DNA from: Breznakia sp. PF5-3
GTDB taxonomy: Bacteria > Bacillota_I > Bacilli_A > Erysipelotrichales > Erysipelotrichaceae
Direction of reading: 5' to 3'
DNA length: 32,000 nt
NCBI RefSeq assembly: GCF_029504745.1
Contig: NZ_JAQFIQ010000028.1
Coordinates: 369 to 32,368, forward strand
Each line of letters starts with the position of its first letter. The stretch's first letter is position 1. Below are positions 1 to 8,152 of the stretch, one piece after another. The position numbers and the translations under genes were made by a program. A model generated the notes under the pieces. It was not told the origin of the DNA. It ran no database searches and saw only the letters and a program-made list of their open reading frames with translations.

Positions 1-1
1 T

Positions 2-2332
2 GCCGGCTATGGAATTTCTGAACAGGGAAAGATAGAGGTATCTTCAAAAGATAATAAGCTTGAAAAAGCTGCACATGATATGAAGGTGCGTTTAACATTT
101 TCCATAATTTTATTAATTCCACTCATGTATATCTCTATGGGGCATATGCTAGGTTTACCATTACCTGATTTCTTGTCAGGTTTACACAATGCCATTACAT
201 ATGCAATGGTTCAATTTTTGATTACCTTAATAATTATTTATTTGAATCGTTCTTATTTTATTAATGGCTTTCGTGCTTTGATTCATCGTGCACCTAGCAT
301 GGATTCTTTAATCGCAATTGGTTCCAGTGCAGCCTTACTTTATGGTATCTATGCAATCATTCAAATGGGTCTAGGTTTAGCTTACCAAGACTGGAACTTA
401 GTTGAGCAATATCATATGGATTTGTACTTTGAGTCTGCTGGTACCATCGTTACATTGATAACCGTAGGAAAATACTTGGAATCTAGATCAAAAGGAAAGA
501 CCAATGATGCAATTAAGAAATTAATGGATCTTTCCCCTAAGGTTGCTATCGTTGAACGTAACGGAAAAGAAATGGAAGTAGCAATTGAAGAAGTTGTCAA
601 AGACGATATTATTATTGTGAAAAGTGGAAGTACCATTCCTGTTGATGGAGTTATCATTGAAGGATCTGCAACTATCAACGAAGCGGCAATTACAGGAGAA
701 AGTCTTCCTATCGAAAAAACTATCAATGCTAATGTTACAGGCGGTACCATCAGCGTGAGCGGTTTCTTTAAAATGCAAGCTACCCGTGTGGGAGAAGATA
801 CAACTTTATCACAAATTATAAAACTAGTGGAAGATGCAAATGCGAGTAAAGCACCAATTGCTAAGCTTGCTGATAAAGTAAGTGGTGTCTTTGTACCAAT
901 TGTAATTGCAATTGCAATCATTGCTACAATTACTTGGTTACTTCTTGGATATTCTGTTAGCTTTTCTTTATCCATTGGTATTGCTGTTCTAATTATTAGT
1001 TGTCCTTGTGCTTTGGGACTAGCTACACCAACTGCCATTATGGTAGGAACAGGAAAAGGTGCCGAATATGGTATTTTATTCAAAACTGCGGAAAGCTTAG
1101 AGTCAATGAAAAATGCGGAAGTTGTCGTCCTTGATAAAACAGGAACGGTAACAAAAGGAAAACCCATTGTTACTGATATCGTAGTAAATGATAGTATAAG
1201 TGAAAAAGAATTACTACAAATAGCCCTTAATATTGAAAATGCTTCTGAACACCCACTTGCGCAAGCAATTAGCACATATGCTAAGGAAAAGAATTTAGAA
1301 GCACAAAAATTAGATACATTTGAACAAATTCCTGGACAAGGTATCAAAGCTTCACAAAATGGAAAACAGTATTTGGCAGGAAACGAAAAAATGATGAAAG
1401 CTTTCCAAGTAAATTTAGAAAAATTTTCAGATACTGCTGCGGCAATGGCAAACATTGGTAAAACGCCACTTTATTTTTGTGAAGATAATCATATATTGGG
1501 GTTAATTGCTTTAGCTGATACTGTAAAAGAAAATAGCAAACAAGCAATTCAAGAATTACAGAATATGGGGATTGATGTTGTTCTTTTAACTGGAGACAAC
1601 AAAAAGACCGCACAAGCAATTGCTAATCAAGTTGGTGTGCATACGATAATCTCTGATGTACTTCCTCAAGAAAAAGAAAAACATATACGTGAGATCAAAG
1701 CGCAAAATAAACATGTTATTATGGTAGGAGATGGAATCAATGATGCTCCTGCACTTGCTAGGGCAGACGTTGGTTTAGCAATTGGTGCTGGGACTGATAT
1801 TGCAATTGACAGTGCCGATGTTGTATTGATGAAAAGTGATTTGCTTGATGTTGTAACAGCAATTCAATTATCACATGCAACTATACGTAATATAAAACAA
1901 AATTTATTCTGGGCATTTATTTACAATACGATAGGAATTCCAATTGCCGCAGGTTTATTTTATCCAGCCTTTAATCTAACACTAAACCCAATGCTTGGAT
2001 CTGCAGCAATGAGTTTATCATCTTTGTTTGTCGTATCGAATGCATTGCGATTACGCTTTTTTAAACCGAATACAAACAACCGAATAAAAGTTAAAGCAAC
2101 AAAAGGAGAAACAAGAGTTATGAAAAAAATTATGTATATTGATGGAATGTCATGTAAACATTGTGAAGGACGAGTTAATGAAGCCTTAAATGCAATTGAT
2201 GGTGTAGATGCTAGTGTAGATCTAGATAATAACTTAGCTAATATAACGTTACACAAAGACGTTAGTGATGATACACTTAAAAATGCTGTAGAAGATGCTG
2301 GTTACACTGTCACTTCAATCAAAGCAGGATAA
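2..2332 (+). CDS. copA: Copper-translocating P1B-type ATPase (CopA-like), 5' end cut by the window edge
   Basis: The frame is open from base 2 (AGYGISEQGK... precedes the first Met at 80), so the gene starts upstream of the window. Motifs read directly: actuator ITGES, membrane CPC (SCPCALGLATP), phosphorylation site DKTGT, hinge GDGINDAP. The C-terminus carries an MxCxxC HMA domain. Confidence 0.93.
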   Translation, partial: AGYGISEQGKIEVSSKDNKLEKAAHDMKVRLTFSIILLIPLMYISMGHMLGLPLPDFLSGLHNAITYAMVQFLITLIIIYLNRSYFINGFRALIHRAPSMDSLIAIGSSAALLYGIYAIIQMGLGLAYQDWNLVEQYHMDLYFESAGTIVTLITVGKYLESRSKGKTNDAIKKLMDLSPKVAIVERNGKEMEVAIEEVVKDDIIIVKSGSTIPVDGVIIEGSATINEAAITGESLPIEKTINANVTGGTISVSGFFKMQATRVGEDTTLSQIIKLVEDANASKAPIAKLADKVSGVFVPIVIAIAIIATITWLLLGYSVSFSLSIGIAVLIISCPCALGLATPTAIMVGTGKGAEYGILFKTAESLESMKNAEVVVLDKTGTVTKGKPIVTDIVVNDSISEKELLQIALNIENASEHPLAQAISTYAKEKNLEAQKLDTFEQIPGQGIKASQNGKQYLAGNEKMMKAFQVNLEKFSDTAAAMANIGKTPLYFCEDNHILGLIALADTVKENSKQAIQELQNMGIDVVLLTGDNKKTAQAIANQVGVHTIISDVLPQEKEKHIREIKAQNKHVIMVGDGINDAPALARADVGLAIGAGTDIAIDSADVVLMKSDLLDVVTAIQLSHATIRNIKQNLFWAFIYNTIGIPIAAGLFYPAFNLTLNPMLGSAAMSLSSLFVVSNALRLRFFKPNTNNRIKVKATKGETRVMKKIMYIDGMSCKHCEGRVNEALNAIDGVDASVDLDNNLANITLHKDVSDDTLKNAVEDAGYTVTSIKAG
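2120..2329 (+). other. C-terminal heavy-metal-associated (HMA, CopZ-like) domain fused in frame to CopA
   Basis: MKKIMYIDGMSCKHCEGRVNEALNAIDGV...AGYTV is a complete ferredoxin-like HMA module with a GMSCxxC metal site. It is preceded by AAAGGAG about 11 nt before its in-frame ATG at 2120. Confidence 0.8.
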
Positions 2333-2335
2333 CTT

Positions 2336-2608
2336 ATGAAAGCTGATAGCAAGCAGGTCAAACGGTTACTAAAAACCGCTAGAGGTCAAATTGATGGTGT
2401 TTTAAAAATGATTGATGATGATAAATATTGTATTGATATTGTAAATCAAATTATGGCAAGTAGTGCCATCTTAAATAAAGCAACAAAAGAAATATTACAT
2501 GCTCATATCAATGGATGCATAAAAGAAAGCTTTGAATCCAATGATGAAGCATTTCAAGAAAAGAAAATTCAAGAGCTTCTATCTGTAATTGATAAGATTG
2601 CCAAATAA
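2336..2608 (+). CDS. csoR: CsoR/RcnR-family metal-sensing transcriptional repressor (copper-sensing type)
   Basis: 90-aa all-helical protein with the x-C-H-C ligand pattern (YCIDI ... HAHINGC). It starts 3 nt after the copA stop, with AGGA upstream. Confidence 0.85.
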   Translation: MKADSKQVKRLLKTARGQIDGVLKMIDDDKYCIDIVNQIMASSAILNKATKEILHAHINGCIKESFESNDEAFQEKKIQELLSVIDKIAK

Positions 2609-2638
2609 AAAGAGATTGATTGTAATCAGTCTCTTTTT
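2607..2638. terminator. Bidirectional intrinsic terminator between convergent csoR and rubrerythrin genes
   Basis: aaaaAGAGAtTGATTgtAATCAgTCTCTttttt: an ~11-bp stem with one mismatch, flanked by an A-run on one side and a T-run on the other. Confidence 0.7.
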
Positions 2639-2645
2639 ATTTATA

Positions 2646-3194
2646 TTATTTGTTTGTAAACTTATCTTCTTCAGGTGCAAATTGAGCTTGTGGGAAACCA
2701 CACACTGGACAAATACCAGGAGCATCTGTTCCTTCATGATGATAACCACAAATTGCACATACCCATGTAGTAGGAGCATCTTTTTTAAATACTTTTCCTT
2801 CTTCTACATTTTTAAGCAATGCAAGATACCTTTCCTCATGTCCTTTTTCAATTTTTGCTACTTGTTCCATTTGGAAAGCAATTTTTGTAAAGCCTTCTTC
2901 CTTTGCTGTTTCAGCCATGTGTTTATACATGTCTGTCCATTCATAGTTTTCACCTTCAGCAGCTTGTTTTAAATTATCCGCTGTTGTATGGATATCTCCA
3001 CCTTGTAAAGCTTTAAACCATAGCTTAGCATGTTCTTGTTCATTTCTTGCTGTTTCTAAGAAAATATCAGCAATTTGTTCCATACCTTCTTCTTTTGCTT
3101 TTTGAGCAAAATAAGTGTATTTGTTTCTTGCCATTGATTCCCCAGCAAATGCATCCAATAAATTTTTTTCTGTTTTTGATCCTTTTAAGTCCAT
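2646..3194 (-). CDS. rbr: Rubrerythrin (diiron four-helix bundle plus C-terminal rubredoxin-like CxxC...CxxC)
   Basis: [26 protein letters not shown]..., ExxH diiron motifs ([14 protein letters not shown]), C-terminal VCAICGY...CPVCG. I place the start at the ATG at 3194, which has a GGAGGA SD (3201-3206). The longer track ORF to 3275 overlaps perR and is probably spurious. Confidence 0.9.
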   Translation of the reverse strand: MDLKGSKTEKNLLDAFAGESMARNKYTYFAQKAKEEGMEQIADIFLETARNEQEHAKLWFKALQGGDIHTTADNLKQAAEGENYEWTDMYKHMAETAKEEGFTKIAFQMEQVAKIEKGHEERYLALLKNVEEGKVFKKDAPTTWVCAICGYHHEGTDAPGICPVCGFPQAQFAPEEDKFTNK

Positions 3195-3207
3195 GTTCTT
3201 TCCTCCG

Positions 3208-3588
3208 TTATTTGCAATTTCTGCAGACTCCTTTAAAGATGATATCATGACCATCAATCTTTCCAATAACTTCATTGTCAGATATCGTTTTGTCCAATTC
3301 TAATTTGTAAGGTTCATCTAAATCATACAACGTTTTACATTTTTCGCAATAAAAATGATAATGCGGATTACATGTTTTATCATATACATACCGTTCTTGT
3401 GGTAATGCAATTTTCTTTACTTTCTGTAAATCTTCAAGAATCCCTAAATTGCGATAAACCGTTGCTAGTGATATCTTCTTCTCTTCCTTATTTATATTTT
3501 CATAAATCTCTTCTGCACTGACATGTGCATTAATGCCTTGCATATATTCAAGAATAAGTTCACGTTGTTTAGAATTTTTATACGTCAT
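3208..3588 (-). CDS. perR: Fur-family transcriptional regulator, PerR-like
   Basis: Winged-helix N-terminus (SLATVYRNL), HYHFYCEKC...CRNC structural-Zn CxxC pairs, and a position directly upstream of rubrerythrin. Start taken at ATG 3588 after GGGGGTGA; the track start at 3600 is a TTG. Confidence 0.8.
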   Translation of the reverse strand: MTYKNSKQRELILEYMQGINAHVSAEEIYENINKEEKKISLATVYRNLGILEDLQKVKKIALPQERYVYDKTCNPHYHFYCEKCKTLYDLDEPYKLELDKTISDNEVIGKIDGHDIIFKGVCRNCK

Positions 3589-3599
3589 AGTCACCCCCA

Positions 3600-3620
3600 A
3601 ATTAAGAACTATTCTTATTA
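3600..3620 (-). promoter_or_regulatory. Operator-like inverted repeat, box 1 (AATTAAGAA-N3-TTCTTAtTA)
   Basis: Near-perfect 9-3-9 inverted repeat between the -10 element and the perR start codon. It has the same core as box 2. Confidence 0.6.
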
Positions 3621-3644
3621 TAACATATAATTTCTAGGAATCAA
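3617..3644 (-). promoter_or_regulatory. Sigma-A type promoter of perR-rbr
   Basis: Minus strand reads TTGATT - 16 nt - (TGt)TATAAT. The -10 is perfect and has an extended TG. Confidence 0.6.
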
Positions 3645-3675
3645 TACAAATTAAGAACAATTCTTAATTTGTATT
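3643..3675 (-). promoter_or_regulatory. 33-nt perfect palindrome, box 2 (AATACAAATTAAGAA-CAA-TTCTTAATTTGTATT)
   Basis: The 15-3-15 arms are perfectly complementary, verified base by base. It abuts the -35 hexamer of the perR promoter. Confidence 0.65.
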
Positions 3676-3697
3676 ATCATAAAAAAATATGAATCAA

Positions 3698-3732
3698 ATA
3701 AAAAACCTCTCAAGATTCTTACTCAGAGGTTT
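3698..3732 (-). terminator. Intrinsic terminator after the signal peptidase gene; downstream boundary of the surface island
   Basis: Minus strand: AAACCTCTgagtaagaatcttgAGAGGTTT followed by a T6 run. Confidence 0.7.
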
Positions 3733-3759
3733 AAAGCTATAACTCATTCATTATTAAAT

Positions 3760-4329
3760 TTATTTAAATATTATAAAAATATCTTTACTGATGATGTCGC
3801 CACCTTTAAATGGTCCCAAAATTCTAGAATCTCTTGATATTCGTCGATTATCACCACACAAAAAATATTCATTATCTCCTAATACAATAGGTCCATAATC
3901 AGAAGTAAAATTAATAGCTCCTGCATTTGTTTGTTCTTTTACATAATCATCATCAAGAAAGTATTCTTCAACTGGATTTCCATTAACATAAAGGATATCA
4001 TCCCGATATTGTATCGTTTCTCCTGGTAAACCAACTACTCGTTTAGCAAGATTCTTTTTTTCACTTTCATCATAGACAGTTACAATATCAAAACGTTTTA
4101 GTTCACCAAAATGACGATTCACAATTCCCGTCACACCTATCTCTCCATCTTCCAATGTTGGATACATGCTATCGCCATTGACATAAATAGGACGAATAAC
4201 ACAAGTAAGTACCAACAAAGTAACAATTGTAATTGGAAAAACAAGTTGAAGTATCCTTAAAATTTCAAGTTTTCGGTTGCTCTTTTTAATATCTTTTTTT
4301 ATTTCTAAAATTCTATTTGATTGTTTCAT
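3760..4329 (-). CDS. lepB: Type I signal peptidase (S26 family), catalytic residues intact
   Basis: N-terminal TM, GDSMYPT (catalytic Ser box), KRVVGLPGE (catalytic Lys box), GDNRRISRDSR (box E). It lies 16 nt downstream of the preceding gene and has a GGTGA SD. Confidence 0.9.
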   Translation of the reverse strand: MKQSNRILEIKKDIKKSNRKLEILRILQLVFPITIVTLLVLTCVIRPIYVNGDSMYPTLEDGEIGVTGIVNRHFGELKRFDIVTVYDESEKKNLAKRVVGLPGETIQYRDDILYVNGNPVEEYFLDDDYVKEQTNAGAINFTSDYGPIVLGDNEYFLCGDNRRISRDSRILGPFKGGDIISKDIFIIFK

Positions 4330-4345
4330 ATAAACATCACCAACC

Positions 4346-5269
4346 TTACCTATTTTTATAACTTCTTTTTCTTTTATATAGTATCATAAATACAATACTT
4401 CCTAAAAGCAATATAAGAATATTAATTTTTATACTGTCACCAGTATTTATCTTATTTGTATTTCCATTTATAGGATCATTCACATCAAGTTGTAAACGAA
4501 ATATAATCTCATCGTCTTCTTTTGCTGTATACAATCCTGCATTATCTTCATTTAACGCTTTTATGTCCAAAACATTTCCATCAATAATTTTTTCACTACC
4601 ACTTGATGCACTTTGAAAGTACCAAGTAACATTATGATGTTCACTTACATCTGTTGACTCCATTCCTTGCACTTTGCTCCACATATCTTGTTCATAAACA
4701 TATGTAGGACTTTCCATAAAACGAAGATCAACAAAAAGCGAATCTCCAATATTTTGCCCATGGAAGTATACACCGTTTTGAAGTTGTTCATCTTTTACTT
4801 CGATATCATTCACAACTGCATGTAATGCATTTCCTTCATACATTATAAGTTTTGTAGAAGTATTACCTAAAACCCCTGAAGATAATAAGTTTGCATATTT
4901 CTCTGATGATCCATCAGGAACAACAATTTTCTTCAAATTGCTACAATCCAAAAAGGCATTTTTCCCAATATAATTAATCGTACCAGGAATACTTATCTCT
5001 TCTAGTTCTTTACTCCCAAGAAAAGCTTCACTTTCAATCGATGTCACTGTTCTCTTTTTATACACCTTCGGAATATCCACCTTTGAATCAAAACTCAAAT
5101 AGCCGATGATTTGATAATCTTCATCAGCCAATTGTTGATATTTAAAGTTATGGTCTTTACTAATAGCTCCAGTTGGTGTAGTAATCTGTGATATGCTTAC
5201 AAAGATAAGCACTAGAAATATAAAAACTAAGATTGTCTCCCTTAAAAATACCCTTTTTATTCCTCTCAT
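4346..5269 (-). CDS. Membrane/surface protein with BspA-type leucine-rich repeats and an Ig-like domain; C-terminal NTGD + TM + KRKR tail
   Basis: N-terminal signal/TM (ILVFIFLVLIFVSISQ). LRR_5-like IESEAFLGSKELEEISIPGTINYIGKNAFLDCSNLKKIVVP. Ig-like VTWYF...LDIKALNEDNAGLYTAKE. C-terminal INILILLLGSIVFMILYKRKRSYKNR. Confidence 0.6.
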   Translation of the reverse strand: MRGIKRVFLRETILVFIFLVLIFVSISQITTPTGAISKDHNFKYQQLADEDYQIIGYLSFDSKVDIPKVYKKRTVTSIESEAFLGSKELEEISIPGTINYIGKNAFLDCSNLKKIVVPDGSSEKYANLLSSGVLGNTSTKLIMYEGNALHAVVNDIEVKDEQLQNGVYFHGQNIGDSLFVDLRFMESPTYVYEQDMWSKVQGMESTDVSEHHNVTWYFQSASSGSEKIIDGNVLDIKALNEDNAGLYTAKEDDEIIFRLQLDVNDPINGNTNKINTGDSIKINILILLLGSIVFMILYKRKRSYKNR

Positions 5270-5272
5270 ACA

Positions 5273-6439
5273 CTATTCAGATACAGAATCTGTTGTTGAA
5301 TTCCCTTCACCTATTTTCATAGTTCCAGAGATTTTTGCACCTTTTTCAATGTCAATATAAACAGCAGAAATATCTCCTAAAATCATAGCTTGACTTGAGA
5401 AAGAAATATCCGCTTTTGCAGTAACATTTCCTTCAATAGATCCATTGATTTCCATCGCTCTTGCTTGTACATTTCCTTTCACAAAAGTATCCTCACCAAT
5501 ATAAACGTCATTATTAACATTTATATTACCAACAACTTTTCCACTATGTAAATTCAAAGACTGTGCTGTCACATCACCTGTAACAAGTGCATTTTCATCA
5601 AATTCAACACTTTTTCCACAAGTAAGATTTCCTCGAATTTCACCTCTTACAATAAGTGGTGTTTCAACACTCACATTCCCATCAATTACTAAGCCATTTC
5701 CAAATACAGAATATTCTTCTGAACTTGATGTTGAATGCCCCATATTTGCATTATTATCATTAACATTTTCATTATTCAAATCATTGTTATAATCCATTTT
5801 TCTTTCCTCCCTGTCAGAAACTACTTTTTCTTTCTTTATTTCTTTGACCATTGTAGGCTTATACTTTCTATTTGCAAACGAAGTCACTGGGCTCACTTCT
5901 TTAACTACCTCTTTTTCTTTCGGTGTATCGTCAATTGTGTTTACAGGACTAGTAACTTTCTTAATATCTTGTTTTGGATATTTAGACTGAATTAATATTC
6001 CTTCAACATCATTATTTAGCGCATATATTTTTTCACTTTCATTTTCAATGATTTCATTTATATATGCTAACACCGATGTGACATCCCTCAAGTCATAATC
6101 ATCTAGTGCTTGTTCATTAAGAGATAAAATTATCGAATTGCACCCCATTAACATTTCCGATAATGAATTAAATCTACTTTCAATATGTTTTTGTTTTAAC
6201 AACTCTGAAATTTCTCGATCATGTTTCGATATTTCTTTCAGTTGCTCCCACTCTTTTGAAAATAATTTATCGGATAATTCTTCGTAAGCAACTTTAGAAA
6301 GTTCTAACTCCTTTATATATTTCGTCTTTAATATTTTGCGAATCAAAAATGTTACTACAAATACTGCAACAAGCAAAATAAGAAGCGTTGCTATAAATGG
6401 AACAGAAAAAATATTTACAGCTGCTACAAAATTAACCAT
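5273..6439 (-). CDS. Membrane-anchored coiled-coil protein with a C-terminal bactofilin (DUF583/CcmA-like) domain
   Basis: N-terminal TM (FSVPFIATLLILLVAVFVVTFLI) followed by a basic stretch, which places the rest in the cytoplasm. Then a helical/coiled region and an Asn/Asp-rich linker. The last ~140 aa (GNGLVIDGNVSVETPLIVRGEIRGNL...VTGDVTAQSL...GKVVGNINV...VKGNVQA...GSIEGNVTA...ILGDISA...AKISGTMKIGE) show the G-x-[IV]-x-G-[DN]-[IV] beta-helix periodicity typical of bactofilins. AAGGAG SD 5 nt before the ATG. Confidence 0.7.
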   Translation of the reverse strand: MVNFVAAVNIFSVPFIATLLILLVAVFVVTFLIRKILKTKYIKELELSKVAYEELSDKLFSKEWEQLKEISKHDREISELLKQKHIESRFNSLSEMLMGCNSIILSLNEQALDDYDLRDVTSVLAYINEIIENESEKIYALNNDVEGILIQSKYPKQDIKKVTSPVNTIDDTPKEKEVVKEVSPVTSFANRKYKPTMVKEIKKEKVVSDREERKMDYNNDLNNENVNDNNANMGHSTSSSEEYSVFGNGLVIDGNVSVETPLIVRGEIRGNLTCGKSVEFDENALVTGDVTAQSLNLHSGKVVGNINVNNDVYIGEDTFVKGNVQARAMEINGSIEGNVTAKADISFSSQAMILGDISAVYIDIEKGAKISGTMKIGEGNSTTDSVSE

Positions 6440-6473
6440 ATATTCTCCTTTCTTTACTTACTATCATAATTTA

Positions 6474-6500
6474 GTCGCTTAAAAGCCTTTTAAGGTTCAC
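6474..6500 (-). promoter_or_regulatory. ECF-type promoter P4 (GTGAAC-N17-CGAC) upstream of the bactofilin/LRR/signal-peptidase operon
   Basis: Minus strand: GTGAAC cttaaaaggcttttaag CGAC taaa, 34 nt before the ATG at 6439. Same architecture as P1-P3. The spacer is itself an 8-1-8 palindrome. Confidence 0.6.
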
Positions 6501-6654
6501 TATTTCCAGTATAAAGTGTATTTTTACCATCATTTACCCGAAAAAGCTATGTTCTTTCATGCGAGTGCCCCATAATTATATTAGTCTCTATATACATTAT
6601 AATATAATTTAAATTATTCGCCCAATCATATTATCATTTATATTATAGGTTTTA

Positions 6655-6690
6655 ATATAAAAATATGCAAATACTATTCGTATTTGCATA
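6655..6690 (-). terminator. Intrinsic terminator after the 470-aa secreted-protein gene
   Basis: Minus strand: TATGCAAATACgaataGTATTTGCATA followed by TTTTTAT. Confidence 0.75.
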
Positions 6691-6748
6691 TCGTAATTTT
6701 TCCAAAATATAATATATGTTCAATAAATCATGTTTCATTTATAAATTT

Positions 6749-8089
6749 TTAAAAATCAATTTCGGCTGTGTAATAGTAATTAATTACTACTGGATCTGTT
6801 GATTTTTCCAATACAAAATCTCCACGATCTGCTCCTTGATAAGAGCTTTCTGTCAAGTCTCCAAATTTATATTTATAGTCTTCAATAACGATTGTTGTTC
6901 CTACTTCTAAAGTAACGACTTCTTCTTTATAAACTCGATATTCCTCACCAAGACCTTCTGTATCTACCCAGTGGCGAATGATAATATCTTCTGTGTAATA
7001 AGTTGCGGCATTTGAGAAAACAACTTTATGGGTTCCACTTTTCTTTAATTGTGTCGCTTCTTTTCCTTTACAACATGCTTCATTTGTACGGTATCCAACA
7101 ATGTTTCCATCCTTGAAGTTTGCACTATATGGATCCCCAATCAAACCTTGACCATTATAGTAAATTCCTGCAGGTTCAGAATACCATTGATAGTTACCCA
7201 TATAACACATATTTCTATTTACTGTTGGATACATAGCTGTAACATCAACAGCAACATCATCTGTAACAACCAATCCAGAATTTAAATATATTTCTTGAAC
7301 CATTGCTCCACAGTATGCTCTTAACATTTGTTTATCTGCTTGTAATGCTGAAACTCCACTATAGATATTACGTGAAATTCCAGTAATTGAACTACCTGCA
7401 CCTTCAGCTTGGATATGAGCAATTTGTGTTCTTGCTCCACAACTTCCACCTTCACCACTAACAGTTGCACCTTTCCACGCATAGATATCTCTGTATGCCC
7501 AAATTCCTGTGCTATCAGCTCCTGATGCATAACCATATATTGATGCTGAATAATATGGTTTGATATCGTTATAACACCAAATACCATAATTTATTCCATA
7601 CCCAGAAATTGATCCACCTTCCATTTGAATTTCGTTATATACACGAATTCCAGCTGTAGTTCCTGTTGCACTAACCGTTCCAACACCATTTTTAGTATAT
7701 TTAAATGCTTTTAAATGACCACCAACATTAATACCAAATTCATCTGCTGTATTAGCATTCAAAGCTCCACTACCTCTAAACTCTAAGTCTTTTTTTGTAT
7801 AAATAGAGTTCACATTTACTGGTACTGTATTATTTAAATATATTTTTTGATCTCTTGAACTATAAATTACTGCATTTTCATTCAATAAATAAGTTCCTTT
7901 TTTAGTTGAAAGAATGTTACTACCATCCTTTTGTGTTGTTATTGTTGCATCATATCCTTTCAAGTCAATATTTCCACTTAAAACTGCATAGCTTGATGCA
8001 TCCGCTTTAAATGAAAACGTTAAGACTGAAAAAACCGAAAAAATACTTAACATCACCATAAAACTTTTAAACATTTTGCGCTTCATCAT
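6749..8089 (-). CDS. Secreted protein: Gly/aromatic periodic (beta-helix-like) region plus a C-terminal MucBP-like beta-grasp domain; no anchor
   Basis: I place the start at ATGATG (8089) after GAGGGA. Signal peptide MMKRKMFKSFMVMLSIFSVFSVLTFSFKADA|SS. Recurring G-I-x4-[DE]-I units (GIRVYNEI, GIWCYNDI, GIWAYRDI). The C-terminal IIIRHWVDTEG...VGTTIVIEDYKY...PVVINYYYT resembles MucBP. The family assignment is tentative. Confidence 0.55.
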   Translation of the reverse strand: MMKRKMFKSFMVMLSIFSVFSVLTFSFKADASSYAVLSGNIDLKGYDATITTQKDGSNILSTKKGTYLLNENAVIYSSRDQKIYLNNTVPVNVNSIYTKKDLEFRGSGALNANTADEFGINVGGHLKAFKYTKNGVGTVSATGTTAGIRVYNEIQMEGGSISGYGINYGIWCYNDIKPYYSASIYGYASGADSTGIWAYRDIYAWKGATVSGEGGSCGARTQIAHIQAEGAGSSITGISRNIYSGVSALQADKQMLRAYCGAMVQEIYLNSGLVVTDDVAVDVTAMYPTVNRNMCYMGNYQWYSEPAGIYYNGQGLIGDPYSANFKDGNIVGYRTNEACCKGKEATQLKKSGTHKVVFSNAATYYTEDIIIRHWVDTEGLGEEYRVYKEEVVTLEVGTTIVIEDYKYKFGDLTESSYQGADRGDFVLEKSTDPVVINYYYTAEIDF

Positions 8090-8152
8090 AATTTCTTCAT
8101 TTCCCTCGCTTTCATATGTATTTTTGGATTTATTTACATATATCAAAAGTAT

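Noticed and set aside
412-1455. 347-aa minus-strand ORF, plus smaller ones at 521-778, 1344-1619 and 1960-2256
   Set aside because: They are entirely antisense to copA, whose frame carries unmistakable P-type ATPase motifs. The antisense translations have no recognisable features.
2589-3303. Plus-strand ORFs (127, 67 and 62 aa) across the rubrerythrin/perR region
   Set aside because: They are antisense to two well-supported minus-strand genes, have low-complexity Phe/Leu-rich sequences, and lack an SD.
5735-5995. 86-aa plus-strand ORF inside the bactofilin gene, and similar ORFs at 7049-7285, 8244-8616, 23555-24916, 29345-29902 and 30435-30638
   Set aside because: All are antisense to better-supported genes. 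They arise from AT-rich codon usage that depletes stop codons on the opposite strand.
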